Assembly: GCA_018400405.1 (NCBI GenBank)
Contig: JAGYMX010000001.1
Location: 1 to 61,084 of the forward strand
DNA length: 61,084 nucleotides
Source: a bacterium
Lineage (GTDB): Bacteria > Patescibacteriota > Minisyncoccia > Minisyncoccales > PWPS01
Direction: 5' to 3'
This document shows, piece after piece, positions 36,486 to 46,752 of the stretch. The notes below the pieces were generated by a model. It worked only from the letters and a program-made list of their open reading frames with translations. It did no database searches and was not told the DNA's origin. Numbering within the stretch: the stretch's first letter is position 1; every line of letters begins with the position of its first letter. The position numbers and the translations under genes were made by a program.

Positions 36486-37707
36486 ATTTTATAACTTCGT
36501 TTATTTTCACAAACTCTTCTTCTTCTTTTTCCCTTTTTTTTATCTCTACAGAATCTTTTTCTAAGGTTTTTCCACTAACAACAATTCTCAAAGGAATTCC
36601 CAAAAGATCACTTTCAATAAGCTTCTCTCCAGGCCTTTTTTCCCGATCATCAAAAAGAATATCTATTCCTTCTTGAAGAAACAAATTATATAATTTTTCT
36701 GCTTCTTTGTCAGCATTTAGCGAAAGAAGGTGTACAGAAAAAGGAGCAATATTTTTTGGCCAAACAATTCCTCTTTCATCAGAAAGAACTTCTACCACTG
36801 CTCCCATTACTCTACTTATTCCTATTCCGTAACAGCCCATAACCACCAGGTTTTCTTTTCCTTCTTTGTCTTTATAAGTAAGTCCAAACGGCTTAGAGAA
36901 GCGCGTATAAAGAGGAAAAATGTTTCCAACTTCTATCGCTTTTTTTTCTTCTAAGTCACTAATATCTTTTTTACATTTCGGGCATCTCTTTGTTGTTTCA
37001 ATTATCTCTTTATTTATTGCTATTTTACAGTCTTTACAAAGATAAATATCATCTTCTCCAGAATTAGTAATTGTTTGAAATTCGTGAGAATATTTAGAAA
37101 AAGTTCCTCCGGAGGCAAGAGTAATATATGTTTTTTCCCCTATTCCAAGACGCTTATATATTCTTAAATACACCTCCTTTACTCTCTCATAGTACTCGTG
37201 TAAAGAGTTTTCATTTTCATGAAAAGAATAAAGGTCTTTCATTAAAAACTCTCTTCCACGTAAAATACCTGATTTTGCACGAAGTTCATTGCGAAACTTT
37301 GTTTGAATTTGGAAAATACCACAAGGAAGATCTTTATAAGAAGAAACAAACTTTTTAAAAAGAGGAACAACTATCTCTTCGTGACTCTGCCCCAAGACAA
37401 GATCCCCCCCGCTGTTAAGCTTTGTGTGGAAAAGAACATCTATTTTTTCTCTCCCTGTTTTTTTATAATTTGAAAGAGGATGAAGAGCAGGCATAACGAT
37501 CTCTTGCGCTCCAAGAGAATTTTTCATCTCTTCGCGAATTACATTTTCTATCTTTCTTATTACCCGAAGGCCAAGTGGTAAAAAAGAATAGACTCCTGCC
37601 ATTTCTTTGTTTATATATCCTCCTCTTAAAAGAAGACGCGCATTTTGAGAAACTTCGTTCTTTTCTACTTCTTTTTTTGTTTTTGTAAAAAGAATTGACT
37701 GTCTCAT
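36466..37707 (-). CDS. proS: Proline--tRNA ligase (short, no INS editing domain)
   Basis: GVYSFLPLG, KFRNELR...G.LRGREFLMKD.YSF, IEVGNIF, MGCYGIG.SR. Confidence 0.95.
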   Translation of the reverse strand: MRQSILFTKTKKEVEKNEVSQNARLLLRGGYINKEMAGVYSFLPLGLRVIRKIENVIREEMKNSLGAQEIVMPALHPLSNYKKTGREKIDVLFHTKLNSGGDLVLGQSHEEIVVPLFKKFVSSYKDLPCGIFQIQTKFRNELRAKSGILRGREFLMKDLYSFHENENSLHEYYERVKEVYLRIYKRLGIGEKTYITLASGGTFSKYSHEFQTITNSGEDDIYLCKDCKIAINKEIIETTKRCPKCKKDISDLEEKKAIEVGNIFPLYTRFSKPFGLTYKDKEGKENLVVMGCYGIGISRVMGAVVEVLSDERGIVWPKNIAPFSVHLLSLNADKEAEKLYNLFLQEGIDILFDDREKRPGEKLIESDLLGIPLRIVVSGKTLEKDSVEIKKREKEEEEFVKINEVIKYVQKNI

Positions 37708-38774
37708 AATCCAAGATCTTTAACAGTTATAAAAATCATTAACCCTATAAGAAGAAAGAAAAAGAGAGTATTCAAATAGTACTCTGTTTTTTCTGAAATA
37801 GGTTCTCCTTTTATCTTCTCTATTCCTAAAAACATCAATCTTCCTCCATCAAGTGCGGGAATAGGAAGAATGTTTAAAATAGCAAGAGAAATAGTAACTG
37901 TCCCTAAAAACTGAAGAAAATCAGAAATTCCACGTGTAAAAGCACCTGCTCCAATATCGATAATTGCTACCGGCCCTCCTACCTCCATTCCCGGAGGAAG
38001 CTCCTTTCCTGTAAGGAAAGAAATAAGAAGAGTGTAAAATCCTTTTAAAACTCCTACTGTCATTCTTCCTGTCATTACCAGCCCTTCTATCGGCGCATAA
38101 AACCAGGGCACTTTTTCTTTTGTTGTCAGCACCATAGCAACCCCAACAGAACCTTCACGCTCTGTATAATCTTCTCTTGGAGTTAAAGAAAAAGAAAGAG
38201 TTTCTTCCCCACGCATTACTTTTATATCTATTTTTTCTCCCTTTTTTTCTTCAAGTATTGCTACAGCATCAGTAGGCTTTTCTATAATTTCCCCATCTAT
38301 TTCTTGTAATACATCTCCTGGATTTATTCCTGCATTTTTTGCTGGAGAGTCAGCAACTGTTTCGGTAATAAAAATTTCCGCTTCCGGATAAGCACTTTTT
38401 TCAAACTCCTCTTCTGTGATCGCCGTACGTACACCAACTGCAGAGTGTAAAGAAAAAATAAAAAAAGCAATAACAAAAAAAGCAGCAACTCCCGCAGAAA
38501 CAATTAACGCTCTCTGATAAATAGGTTTAGAAGAAAAACTTCTTTTATCGTTTACTTTTCTGTCCTCTCCGTACAGCCTTACAAAACCTCCAAAAGGAAT
38601 AAGGTTTACCGAATAAATTGTTTCACCGATCTTTTTTCCAAAAATTCTTGGGGGAATCCCAACGCCAAACTCCTCAACTTTTACATCACACTTCTTTGCA
38701 ACCCAAAAATGACCCAGTTCATGAAGAAGGATAAGAACAATAAGTGACAAAATAATAATTAAAATCGGAGGCAT
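37704..38774 (-). CDS. rseP: Site-2 (RIP) metalloprotease with PDZ domain
   Basis: HELGH, NLIPFGGFV, PDZ, NILPIPALDGG. Confidence 0.95.
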   Translation of the reverse strand: MPPILIIILSLIVLILLHELGHFWVAKKCDVKVEEFGVGIPPRIFGKKIGETIYSVNLIPFGGFVRLYGEDRKVNDKRSFSSKPIYQRALIVSAGVAAFFVIAFFIFSLHSAVGVRTAITEEEFEKSAYPEAEIFITETVADSPAKNAGINPGDVLQEIDGEIIEKPTDAVAILEEKKGEKIDIKVMRGEETLSFSLTPREDYTEREGSVGVAMVLTTKEKVPWFYAPIEGLVMTGRMTVGVLKGFYTLLISFLTGKELPPGMEVGGPVAIIDIGAGAFTRGISDFLQFLGTVTISLAILNILPIPALDGGRLMFLGIEKIKGEPISEKTEYYLNTLFFFLLIGLMIFITVKDLGL

Positions 38775-38777
38775 AAT

Positions 38778-39338
38778 TTAGTTTTTTATTTCTCTTTCTC
38801 TTTTTTCTACCGTTTCATCGACTTTTTTATTATACTCATCAATGATTTCTTGAAGTTCATCTTTTGACCGATATTTTTCATCTTCTGTCACTTCTCCTTG
38901 TTGAAACTTTTCTTGTATTTTTTTCCACACATCTTCTCTTGCTCTTTTCAGGCTTACCCGCGCATCTTCTTTTTTATCGGAAAGAATCTTTAAAAGATTT
39001 TTTCTATACTCTTCTGTAAGAGAAGGAAGCACTATCCGTATAGAATTTTCTTCAATTGTGGGACTTAACCCTGCTTCTGATTTTTGCAAAGCAAGAACAA
39101 TATCTTTCATATAACTTTTATCCCACGGCTGTATAAGTATCTGCCTTTGCTCCGGGCAAGATATCGCCGCAAGTTGTTTTAGTGGCAAGCGTTGATCAAA
39201 ACAATCAACAACTATGTCTTCTACTAAAGAAGGTGTTGCTCTATCCGCTCTTATTTTTTTTAGCTCTTCTATAAGATACCTTACCGCTTTTTCCATTTCA
39301 GGTTTCACGGATTCTACAATTTTTTTGTATTCAGACAT
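38778..39338 (-). CDS. frr: Ribosome recycling factor
   Basis: IR..RATPSLVE, IQPWDKS, LTEE.RK. Confidence 0.95.
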   Translation of the reverse strand: MSEYKKIVESVKPEMEKAVRYLIEELKKIRADRATPSLVEDIVVDCFDQRLPLKQLAAISCPEQRQILIQPWDKSYMKDIVLALQKSEAGLSPTIEENSIRIVLPSLTEEYRKNLLKILSDKKEDARVSLKRAREDVWKKIQEKFQQGEVTEDEKYRSKDELQEIIDEYNKKVDETVEKREREIKN

Positions 39339-39394
39339 ATTTTAAAATTAGTTAAAGTAATAAATATTTAATTAAAAAATAAGTTATCTTTTAA

Positions 39395-40270
39395 TTACAC
39401 CTGCACTGCAACTTCTTCCATTATAAGCTGTATATTAATATTTGTCTTTTGATTTAAAAAAATTGCTTCTTCGATCTTTTTTATAGCATCTCGTTCTTTC
39501 TCTGTTTTTTTTCTTTTTTCAATCTGTAGAAACATTTCTTCTCTTACTGTTTTTAACCAACAAAAAAGAAAAGTTTCCGTGTTTTTTTTCTCCACCGCTT
39601 CTTTGATAAGAGCAAATCGCGAAACAACATCTTCTTTTAACATTTTTCGTGCTTTTTTTTCTATCTCTTCCATTTCCCTTTTTTTCTCTGGATAACGAAG
39701 ATAGTTTATTGCAATTCCTGGGCAACCAAAAGAAAGTGCAGCAACTTTTTTGTTATTTAGGATACTTTCTATCTCTTTTTTAGAAACAAACGAAAAATTT
39801 ATTTTAAAAACCCTTGATAAAACAGTAGAAAGAATAACATCTGGATACTCTGTTACCAAAACAATCACTGTATTTTCTGGGGGTTCTTCAAGTGTCTTTA
39901 AAAGTGCATTCTGTGCTTGAAGGTTCATCAAATGAGCATTATCAATAATCACTCCCTTAAATCTCCCTCTTGTGCTTTTAAAAGATATCTTTCTGATAAC
40001 TTCTTCAATCTGTCCAAGCTGAATCTCTTTTTTTTCTGGAGAAATAAAAAACACATCTGCAGAAACCCCTTCTTCTATTTCTTTGCACGACAAACACTTC
40101 TCACAAGGAGAAAGATCTCCCTTTTCACAATTTAGCGTTTTCAGAAGCCAAAACGCTATCTTCTTTTTTCCTACACTCTCCGGGCCAGTAAAAAGTAGGG
40201 CTTGCGGGAGTTTCTTTCTAGAAATAAGAGTCTTTATTTTTTCTATCTGTTCTTTATGTCCGATAATCAT
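39395..40270 (-). CDS. holB: DNA polymerase III delta-prime subunit
   Basis: ALLFTGPESVGK, C...PC.KC.SC zinc site, AQNALLKTLEEPP, TVLSR. Confidence 0.9.
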   Translation of the reverse strand: MIIGHKEQIEKIKTLISRKKLPQALLFTGPESVGKKKIAFWLLKTLNCEKGDLSPCEKCLSCKEIEEGVSADVFFISPEKKEIQLGQIEEVIRKISFKSTRGRFKGVIIDNAHLMNLQAQNALLKTLEEPPENTVIVLVTEYPDVILSTVLSRVFKINFSFVSKKEIESILNNKKVAALSFGCPGIAINYLRYPEKKREMEEIEKKARKMLKEDVVSRFALIKEAVEKKNTETFLFCWLKTVREEMFLQIEKRKKTEKERDAIKKIEEAIFLNQKTNINIQLIMEEVAVQV

Positions 40271-40290
40271 ATAACTTTATCTAAAAAAAA

Positions 40291-41292
40291 TTATTTACGC
40301 ATTATACTTCTTTTATAGGCATCTAAATTATCAAGAACAACTCCTGCTCCTCGAGCAACAGAAAGAAGTGCTTCTTCGGCAACAAAAGAAGGGACGCCAG
40401 TCTTCTCTGTGATCAAAACATCAATATTTTGGAGAAGAGAACCACCTCCAGTAAGAACCATTCCTTTATCCATAATGTCCGCAGAAAGTTCTGGAGGTGT
40501 TTCTCTTAAAACTTGTTTTACAACTTTTATAATTTCTTCTAATGTTCCTTCTATCGCTTCTTGAGCTTCGTTAGAAGATATTTTGATATTTTTTGGAAGT
40601 CCGGAAATAAGGTCTCTTCCCCTTACTTCCATTATTTTTTCTGTTTTTTCTTTTATTGCTGTTCCAATGTTTATCTTTAATTCTTCTACACTTTTTTCCC
40701 CGAGAGCAATGTTGTGTTTTTCTTTAATATATGCTGATATAGCAAAATCCATACTATCTCCTGCAACACGTATAGAACGAGCAACGACTACTCCTCCAAG
40801 AGAAATAACTGCTATTTCTGTTGTTCCTCCACCAATATCAACAACCATGTGCCCAGAGCAAGACGCTATTGGAATACCCGCTCCAATAGCCGCTAAAATT
40901 GGTTCTTTTACCGTATAAACTGCTCTTGCACCAGCAGAAATTCCCGCCTCAATAACTGCCCTTTTTTCTGTAGAAGTGATCCCTGCGGGAACACCAACCA
41001 TCAACTCCGGCTTAATAAACTTCAAGCCAGGAGATTTTTGAATAAAGTAACGAAGCATAGCTTCTGTTATTCGGTACTCAGCAATAACTCCGTCTTTTAA
41101 CGGACGATAAACTTTTATTTCATCGGGAGTTCTTCCGGTCATCTCTTTCGCCTCCTTGCCCACGGCAAGAATTTTATTTTCATAAATACTAACCGCAACC
41201 ACCGACGGCTCATTTAAAATAATTTCTTTTCCAGGGGCAAAAACAAGTGAGTTACAAGTCCCCAAATCTATTCCTATTTTTCTTGAAAACAT
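40291..41292 (-). CDS. mreB: Second MreB/Mbl-family actin homolog
   Basis: IGIDLGT.N, RPLKDGVIA, VDIGGGTTEIAVISLGG, TPPELSADI. Confidence 0.93.
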   Translation of the reverse strand: MFSRKIGIDLGTCNSLVFAPGKEIILNEPSVVAVSIYENKILAVGKEAKEMTGRTPDEIKVYRPLKDGVIAEYRITEAMLRYFIQKSPGLKFIKPELMVGVPAGITSTEKRAVIEAGISAGARAVYTVKEPILAAIGAGIPIASCSGHMVVDIGGGTTEIAVISLGGVVVARSIRVAGDSMDFAISAYIKEKHNIALGEKSVEELKINIGTAIKEKTEKIMEVRGRDLISGLPKNIKISSNEAQEAIEGTLEEIIKVVKQVLRETPPELSADIMDKGMVLTGGGSLLQNIDVLITEKTGVPSFVAEEALLSVARGAGVVLDNLDAYKRSIMRK

Positions 41293-41328
41293 ATTTTACA
41301 GGATTAAATTATCTTCTTAAAAATATAT

Positions 41329-42621
41329 TTAATTTTTAATTCTTCTAATTTTTGCCCCTATATTAGAAAGACGCTTTTCGATCTCTTCATATCCTCTGTC
41401 TGCCTGTGAAATATCTTTTATAACTGTTGTTCCTTCAGCAGTAAGTCCAGCTATAATAAGCGCCGCTCCTGCTCGGAGATCTAATGGGTCAAGTTTTGTC
41501 CCGTGTAATCGTGTTGGTCCGTTAATTATCGCTCTATGAGGATCACAGACAACAATCTCTGCGCCCATTTTATTTAATTCTTCTAAGTACTTCAATCTTC
41601 CCTCATAAAGAGGGTCGTGAATAAGAGTAAGCCCTTCTGTTTGCGTAGAAAGTACTCCGATGGGAGATTGTAAATCTGTAGGAATTCCTGGATAAGGCAT
41701 CGTCTGCACTTTTCTTAATACCATTTTTTTTGTTGGTTTTACCAGTACTTCGTTTTCTCTTAGAATAATTTTTCCTCCACTTTTTTTTAATTTTGAAAGA
41801 AAAAGTTTTAAATTTTCTATAGGAACGTTTTTCACACAAACTTCTCCTTTTGTCGCAAGAGCCATCAAAATAAAGGTTCCTGCTTCCAGATAATCGTAAC
41901 AGATAAAGTGCTCTGCTCCAGAAAGAGAATCAACACCCCTTACTTCTATTCTGTTTGTTCCCTCTCCTTTAATATCCGCACCCATTTTTTTTAAAAATAT
42001 AACCAAATCTTGTACGTGCGGCTCAGTAGCAGCAATATTTATTACTGTTTTCCCTTTTGCAAGAACAGCAGCCATCAAAATATTTTCTGTTGCTGTTACC
42101 GAGAACTCATCAAGAACAATATCTCTTCCCTTCAGTTGCTGTTCTGCCTTAAAATGATAAATATTGAAACTTCGCGAACCGTTTTTTTTCAAATCAAAAC
42201 TTTCAATATTCACCCCCATTCTTGCAAAAGCATCAAGGTGCGTATTTATCGGTCTTGCACCGATAACACAACCACCAGGCTGAGATATTTTTAAAGAACG
42301 AAAACGAACAAGAAGAGGTCCGATAAAAAGAATAGAAGACCTCATTTTGTTTATAAGACTAAAGTCTAACTTTCCCGGATCAATATTCTTTGCCGTAATC
42401 TTCACATCTCTTTCCCCAATAAACTCTACTTTCGCTCCCATCTTCTTAATAATTTCGAGCATTTTTCTTACATCTTCAACCAAAGGTAGGTTTTTTAAGA
42501 CACAAGGCTCAGAGGTAAGAAGAGTGGCTGCAATTAGAGGCGTCGTTGCGTTTTTCGACCCCCTTACGTCAATTACCCCCTTAAGTTTACTTTTCCCTTC
42601 AATAATTAATTTATCCGCCAT
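41329..42621 (-). CDS. murA: UDP-N-acetylglucosamine 1-carboxyvinyltransferase
   Basis: GSKNA, MRSSI, PGGCVIGARP, SVTATEN, PGIPTDLQ, DLRAGAAL, DRGYE. Confidence 0.96.
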   Translation of the reverse strand: MADKLIIEGKSKLKGVIDVRGSKNATTPLIAATLLTSEPCVLKNLPLVEDVRKMLEIIKKMGAKVEFIGERDVKITAKNIDPGKLDFSLINKMRSSILFIGPLLVRFRSLKISQPGGCVIGARPINTHLDAFARMGVNIESFDLKKNGSRSFNIYHFKAEQQLKGRDIVLDEFSVTATENILMAAVLAKGKTVINIAATEPHVQDLVIFLKKMGADIKGEGTNRIEVRGVDSLSGAEHFICYDYLEAGTFILMALATKGEVCVKNVPIENLKLFLSKLKKSGGKIILRENEVLVKPTKKMVLRKVQTMPYPGIPTDLQSPIGVLSTQTEGLTLIHDPLYEGRLKYLEELNKMGAEIVVCDPHRAIINGPTRLHGTKLDPLDLRAGAALIIAGLTAEGTTVIKDISQADRGYEEIEKRLSNIGAKIRRIKN

Positions 42622-42688
42622 AATTTATAAAGAAATCTAAGCAAAAAGGCATTAATTTTTGTCTCTTTTTTCTTTTTTTTACTCCGTT

Positions 42689-42717
42689 ATTATAGTATAG
42701 AGCACTCTAAATAGCAA
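42689..42717 (-). promoter_or_regulatory. Putative murA promoter
   Basis: TTGCTA-17nt-TATAAT; short palindrome TAGAG-TG-CTCTA in the spacer. Confidence 0.6.
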
Positions 42718-42759
42718 ATTGCTCCTTACTTACCAGAATGACAAAACTTGGAGATAAAT

Positions 42760-42788
42760 AAAAATCGGAGAGATGCCTCCGATCTTTT
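42760..42788 (-). terminator. Intrinsic terminator after rpsI
   Basis: ATCGGAG-GCATCT-CTCCGAT followed by TTTT. Confidence 0.75.
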
Positions 42789-42842
42789 AATTCTTGAAGT
42801 AATGTTTTTTTTGTTTTTCTGCGTATTAATCCCTCTAATTTT

Positions 42843-43277
42843 TTATCTTTTCCTCCACTGGGGAGCACGGCGAGCTCTTTTCAGTCCTGGTTTTTTCCTT
42901 TCCCTCATTCTTGGATCACGAGTAAGATATCCTGCAGATTTTAACTGTTTGCGAAAATCTTCATGAAAAACAACCAGTGCACGTGCGATTCCATGGCGAA
43001 CTGCTTCTGCTTGAGATTTTACCCCTCCGCCCTTAATTTTTACAGAAACAAAAAACTTTTTCCGAAGATCTAAATCTTCAAGAGGTGCGGTTACTTTTTT
43101 TTGTAAATTGAAAGTTGGGAAATAATCTTCTAAATTCTTTTCGTTAATCTTAAACCCGTTTTCTTTTCTTTCAAAAAGACGAACAACACAAGTTGATGTT
43201 TTTCTACTTCCTACTGCCTGATAATACTTTTCGCTTTTTTTTGTTATTTTTTTCTTTGTTTTTTCTTTAGTGGCCAT
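42843..43277 (-). CDS. rpsI: 30S ribosomal protein S9
   Basis: G.RKT, GGG..SQAEAVRHGIARAL, LTRDPR..ERKKPGL.RAR.APQW.KR. Confidence 0.98.
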   Translation of the reverse strand: MATKEKTKKKITKKSEKYYQAVGSRKTSTCVVRLFERKENGFKINEKNLEDYFPTFNLQKKVTAPLEDLDLRKKFFVSVKIKGGGVKSQAEAVRHGIARALVVFHEDFRKQLKSAGYLTRDPRMRERKKPGLKRARRAPQWRKR

Positions 43278-43651
43278 TATTGTTCTATTTTAAGCCTTTT
43301 TATTCTTTCTTTTCTTAGCTTGTTTTTGGGAAGCATTCCGTAAACCGCTTTCTTTAGTGCAGCAGAAGAGTCCTTTTCAATTAATTTTTTATATGGGGTA
43401 CTTTTTAATCCTCCTGGATATCCTGTGTGATGATAATACTTTTTATCTTCTTTTTTTCTTCCTGTAAACGCTATGTTTTCTATATTTTTTACAACTACAA
43501 AATCTCCCACATCTTCGTACGGAGAGTAATTTTCTTTTCCTTTTCCCATTAAAAGAGACGCTATCTTGGTGGCAACCCTTCCTAATGGTTTCTTTTGTAC
43601 ATCAACAGTAATCGTTTCTCTTTCTTTTGTTTTTAAAACCTTTTTTTCCAT
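43277..43651 (-). CDS. rplM: 50S ribosomal protein L13
   Basis: LGRVA..IA..L.GK, GDFVVV.N, YYHHTGYPGGL, AVYGMLPKN. Confidence 0.97.
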   Translation of the reverse strand: MEKKVLKTKERETITVDVQKKPLGRVATKIASLLMGKGKENYSPYEDVGDFVVVKNIENIAFTGRKKEDKKYYHHTGYPGGLKSTPYKKLIEKDSSAALKKAVYGMLPKNKLRKERIKRLKIEQ

Positions 43652-43707
43652 ATCACTTTCTAACTTTTTAGCAAATACTTTCTTTAAAAATTTTTATTAA
43701 GCTTTTC

Positions 43708-44055
43708 TTAAACAAACTCAACAATAACCATTCTTGCTCCATCTTCTATGCGTGGACCAGTTTTTAAAATTCGTATATATCCTCCGGGACGTTCTTTATA
43801 GCGAGGCCCAATCTCTTTTATCAATTTTTCAGCGACATCTTCGGAAAGTTTTTTTATTAAAACTCGCCGATTATAAACAGTGTTTTCTTTCGCTCTTGTA
43901 ACTACTTTTTCAACAAAAGGACGTAACTCTTTCGCTTTTGCCTCTGTTGTTTTAATTTTTTCATTTAAAACAAGCGCACGACAAAGAGAGAGAAGAAGAG
44001 CTTTTTTTTGATCTTTTTTTCTTCCAAATCTTCTTTTGTTTTTTATTCTCGGCAT
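43708..44055 (-). CDS. rplQ: 50S ribosomal protein L17
   Basis: IKTTEAKAKELR, RPGGY.RI.K. Confidence 0.97.
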   Translation of the reverse strand: MPRIKNKRRFGRKKDQKKALLLSLCRALVLNEKIKTTEAKAKELRPFVEKVVTRAKENTVYNRRVLIKKLSEDVAEKLIKEIGPRYKERPGGYIRILKTGPRIEDGARMVIVEFV

Positions 44056-44065
44056 AACTTTTTAT

Positions 44066-45034
44066 CTACTTTCCTTCTTTTTTAAGTTCTAACTTTTTCT
44101 TTTTTAACGCTTTCTTTATCTCTTTTACTCCCTTTTCCCCCATCCCCTTAAGATTAGCGACATCTTCTTCTTTTTTTCTTAAAAGATTTTTTACCGATTT
44201 AATTCTGTTTTCCGCTAAGATATTTACTGTCCGTGTAGAAATTCCTAAATCTTCAATTGTCATATCTTCTTCATCTCCTTTCTTCTCTTTGCTCTTTTTT
44301 TCTTTTTTCTCTTCGCTCTTTTTTTCTTTTTTTGTTTTCTCCTTTTCTTCTTTTTTAAAGGAAGAAACTATAGAAAAGTGTTTCGCTAAAATATCTACTG
44401 CTTGAAGAAGTGCCTCTTCGGGAGATATTGTTTTATCTGTTTCAATTTCAATAAATAAACGTTCAAAATCCGTCCTTTTTCCTACACGCATGTTTCTTAT
44501 ATAAAAATTCGTTCTTTTCACGGGCGTGAAAATAGAATCTATAAGTATCTGCCCTATCTCTAACTTCTCTTCTTTTTTTTCTTCTGCAGAAGAATATCCT
44601 GTTCCTTTCTCTATTTCAACTTCCATATCAAGAGACGCTTGCTTTCCTGTAACTGTTGCAATATGTGCCTCTGGATTAACAAGCTCTATCTGGGTAGGAA
44701 GATTAAAGTGAGAACCTTTAACATCTTTTTCTCCCTTTATCTTTAATCGTGCAACCTGTGGTTCATCGCTGTGCATTCGAAAACGAAGTTCCTTTAGATT
44801 AAGGATAATTGTTATCACATCTTCCATTACTCCTGGAATTGTAGAAAATTCATGGCTTACGCCCTCTATTTTTACCTTTGTGACCGCCGCTCCTCCAAGA
44901 GAAGAAAGAAGGACACGACGCAAGCTGTTTCCAATGGTTGTTCCGTATCCTGGATAAAGAGAATCTATCTCAAAAACTGCTTTATTCTCTTCTTCTTTTT
45001 CTATAATTTTAGGTTTTGATGGTAACGGAATCAT
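44066..45034 (-). CDS. rpoA: RNA polymerase alpha subunit
   Basis: GYGTTIGNSLRRVLLSSL.G, HEFSTIPGV.ED, alpha-CTD. Confidence 0.98.
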   Translation of the reverse strand: MIPLPSKPKIIEKEEENKAVFEIDSLYPGYGTTIGNSLRRVLLSSLGGAAVTKVKIEGVSHEFSTIPGVMEDVITIILNLKELRFRMHSDEPQVARLKIKGEKDVKGSHFNLPTQIELVNPEAHIATVTGKQASLDMEVEIEKGTGYSSAEEKKEEKLEIGQILIDSIFTPVKRTNFYIRNMRVGKRTDFERLFIEIETDKTISPEEALLQAVDILAKHFSIVSSFKKEEKEKTKKEKKSEEKKEKKSKEKKGDEEDMTIEDLGISTRTVNILAENRIKSVKNLLRKKEEDVANLKGMGEKGVKEIKKALKKKKLELKKEGK

Positions 45035-45088
45035 ACTATGTTTTTAGTTCGGAAATTGCAAAAAATTTTGCTCTTCCGATTACTATTA

Positions 45089-45721
45089 TTATCTTGAATA
45101 AAATTCAAATATGGAAGAAATTTCTACCGGCGGAGCAACCTCTGTAACTACTACTTCCCCAGTAACCTCTCCTTCCAACTTTTTTTTATCTAAAGAAATC
45201 CATGCAGGAGGAGTAAAGTTTTTCATTTTATTTTCAAAATCTTCAAAAATCTTGCTTTTCTTCTTTCCTGGTCTCACAGATACAACACACCCCAGCTTTA
45301 CTTGATAAGATGGTCTATCTACCGGCTTTCCGTTGACATGAAAAAATCCATAGCTTATCATCTGTCTTGCTTGAGATCGCGAAACAGCAAAACCCATACG
45401 ATAAACTGTATTGTCAAGTCTGTTTTCTAGTTTTCGTAAAAGTTGATCTCCTGCAGATTCTTTCTTCTGTGGTTTGTTGATCACTGATTTTACATACCGT
45501 AAAATCTGCCCTTCTTTTAAATCATACCAGTAACGTAGTTTTTGTTTTTCTGTAAGTTCTCTTCCATACTCTGAAGTATGTCCTCTTCTTCTTTTCGGTT
45601 TCTGTCCAGGGGGATATGGTTTTTTTATCATCGGGCACTTCTGTGACTCACACTTTTCACCTTTTAGGAAAAGCTTTGATCCTACCCGACGGCACTTTTT
45701 ACACTCTGTCGTTTTTCTCAT
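45089..45721 (-). CDS. rpsD: 30S ribosomal protein S4 (Cys-containing type)
   Basis: C..CRR...LFLKGEKC, SEYG..L.EKQK, LE.RLDN.VYR.GF. Confidence 0.98.
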   Translation of the reverse strand: MRKTTECKKCRRVGSKLFLKGEKCESQKCPMIKKPYPPGQKPKRRRGHTSEYGRELTEKQKLRYWYDLKEGQILRYVKSVINKPQKKESAGDQLLRKLENRLDNTVYRMGFAVSRSQARQMISYGFFHVNGKPVDRPSYQVKLGCVVSVRPGKKKSKIFEDFENKMKNFTPPAWISLDKKKLEGEVTGEVVVTEVAPPVEISSIFEFYSR

Positions 45722-45724
45722 AAT

Positions 45725-46171
45725 TTATGGTCTTCTTGGTCCTTTTGGACGACACCCGTTATGTGGAATGGGGGTAACGTCTTTTATAGAATTAATAATA
45801 ATATTCTTTCCCGCTAAAGCACGAAGAGCGGATGATCTTCCTGATCCTATACCTTTCACAAAAACATCTACTTCTTTCATCCCCATCTTTTCCGCTTTTT
45901 CTGCAATCACATTTGTTACTTCAGAGGCAGCATAAGGTGTTGCTTTTTTTGTTCCCTTAAAGCCAAGATTTCCCGCACTTGCCCAAAGTAAAACTTTTCC
46001 TTCTTTATCTGTAAGGTTCATCATCGTATTGTTGTAAGAAGCGGAAATATAAATCCTTCCTTTTTCTACTCCTCTCTTTTTTACCTTCCCTTTCTTTTTT
46101 GCTGCCTCAAGCTTTTCTCTCTCTTCAATAATCTCCTCTTCTGTTTTTTTAATTACTCTTTTTTTTCCCAT
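45725..46171 (-). CDS. rpsK: 30S ribosomal protein S11
   Basis: ASYNNT, GFKGTKKATPYAA, DVTPIPHNGCRP. Confidence 0.98.
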   Translation of the reverse strand: MGKKRVIKKTEEEIIEEREKLEAAKKKGKVKKRGVEKGRIYISASYNNTMMNLTDKEGKVLLWASAGNLGFKGTKKATPYAASEVTNVIAEKAEKMGMKEVDVFVKGIGSGRSSALRALAGKNIIINSIKDVTPIPHNGCRPKGPRRP

Positions 46172-46181
46172 AAATGTTTAT

Positions 46182-46571
46182 TTATTTCGGTGATGGAGCT
46201 GCCTTTCTTCCTGATCCGGCAATTCTTCTTACGTTTCCTCGCACTGTTCGGTTATTTGTTCTTGTGTTCTGTCCTCTTACAGGAAGACCTCTTTTATGTC
46301 TTACCCCCCGATAACACTCAATTCTTTTTAATCTATCCACGGCTTCTCTTCTCTCTCTCCTTAATTCTCCTTCTATTTTATATTTTTTCTCTATAATCTC
46401 TCTTAAATTTTTAAGCTCCTCGTCATTAAGTTTTTCTGTTCTTTTTGATTCTTCAATGCCTGCTTCCTTAAGTATCTTCTTGCTAAGCTCACTCCCGATA
46501 CCATAAATATAGGTAAGCGCTATTACCACTCTTTTTTCTTTTGGAATTGTTACTCCTCCTATTCTTGCCAT
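46182..46571 (-). CDS. rpsM: 30S ribosomal protein S13
   Basis: [33 protein letters not shown]. Confidence 0.98.
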   Translation of the reverse strand: MARIGGVTIPKEKRVVIALTYIYGIGSELSKKILKEAGIEESKRTEKLNDEELKNLREIIEKKYKIEGELRRERREAVDRLKRIECYRGVRHKRGLPVRGQNTRTNNRTVRGNVRRIAGSGRKAAPSPK

Positions 46572-46574
46572 CTT

Positions 46575-46688
46575 TTATCCTTGGCGTTGTTTGTGCCTTT
46601 TATTTTTACAAATAACATAAACCTTGTTCTTTCGACGAACAACCTTACAATCTCGACAAATTTTTTTTACTGAAGAATGCACCTTCAC
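46575..46688 (-). CDS. rpmJ: 50S ribosomal protein L36 (GTG start)
   Basis: Manual translation [37 protein letters not shown]; below the ORF-track length cutoff. Confidence 0.97.
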   Translation of the reverse strand: MKVHSSVKKICRDCKVVRRKNKVYVICKNKRHKQRQG

Positions 46689-46752
46689 TTCTCAAAAATT
46701 ACGTCCTTATATAGAAAAAACTAATTTCGGACAAATTACTTCTAAATTAAAT

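Noticed and set aside
42698..42709. AGCACTC resembling a CIRCE half-site (similar AGTGCTAA near 11484 and 48361)
   Set aside because: No complete TTAGCACTC-N9-GAGTGCTAA and no chaperone genes downstream.
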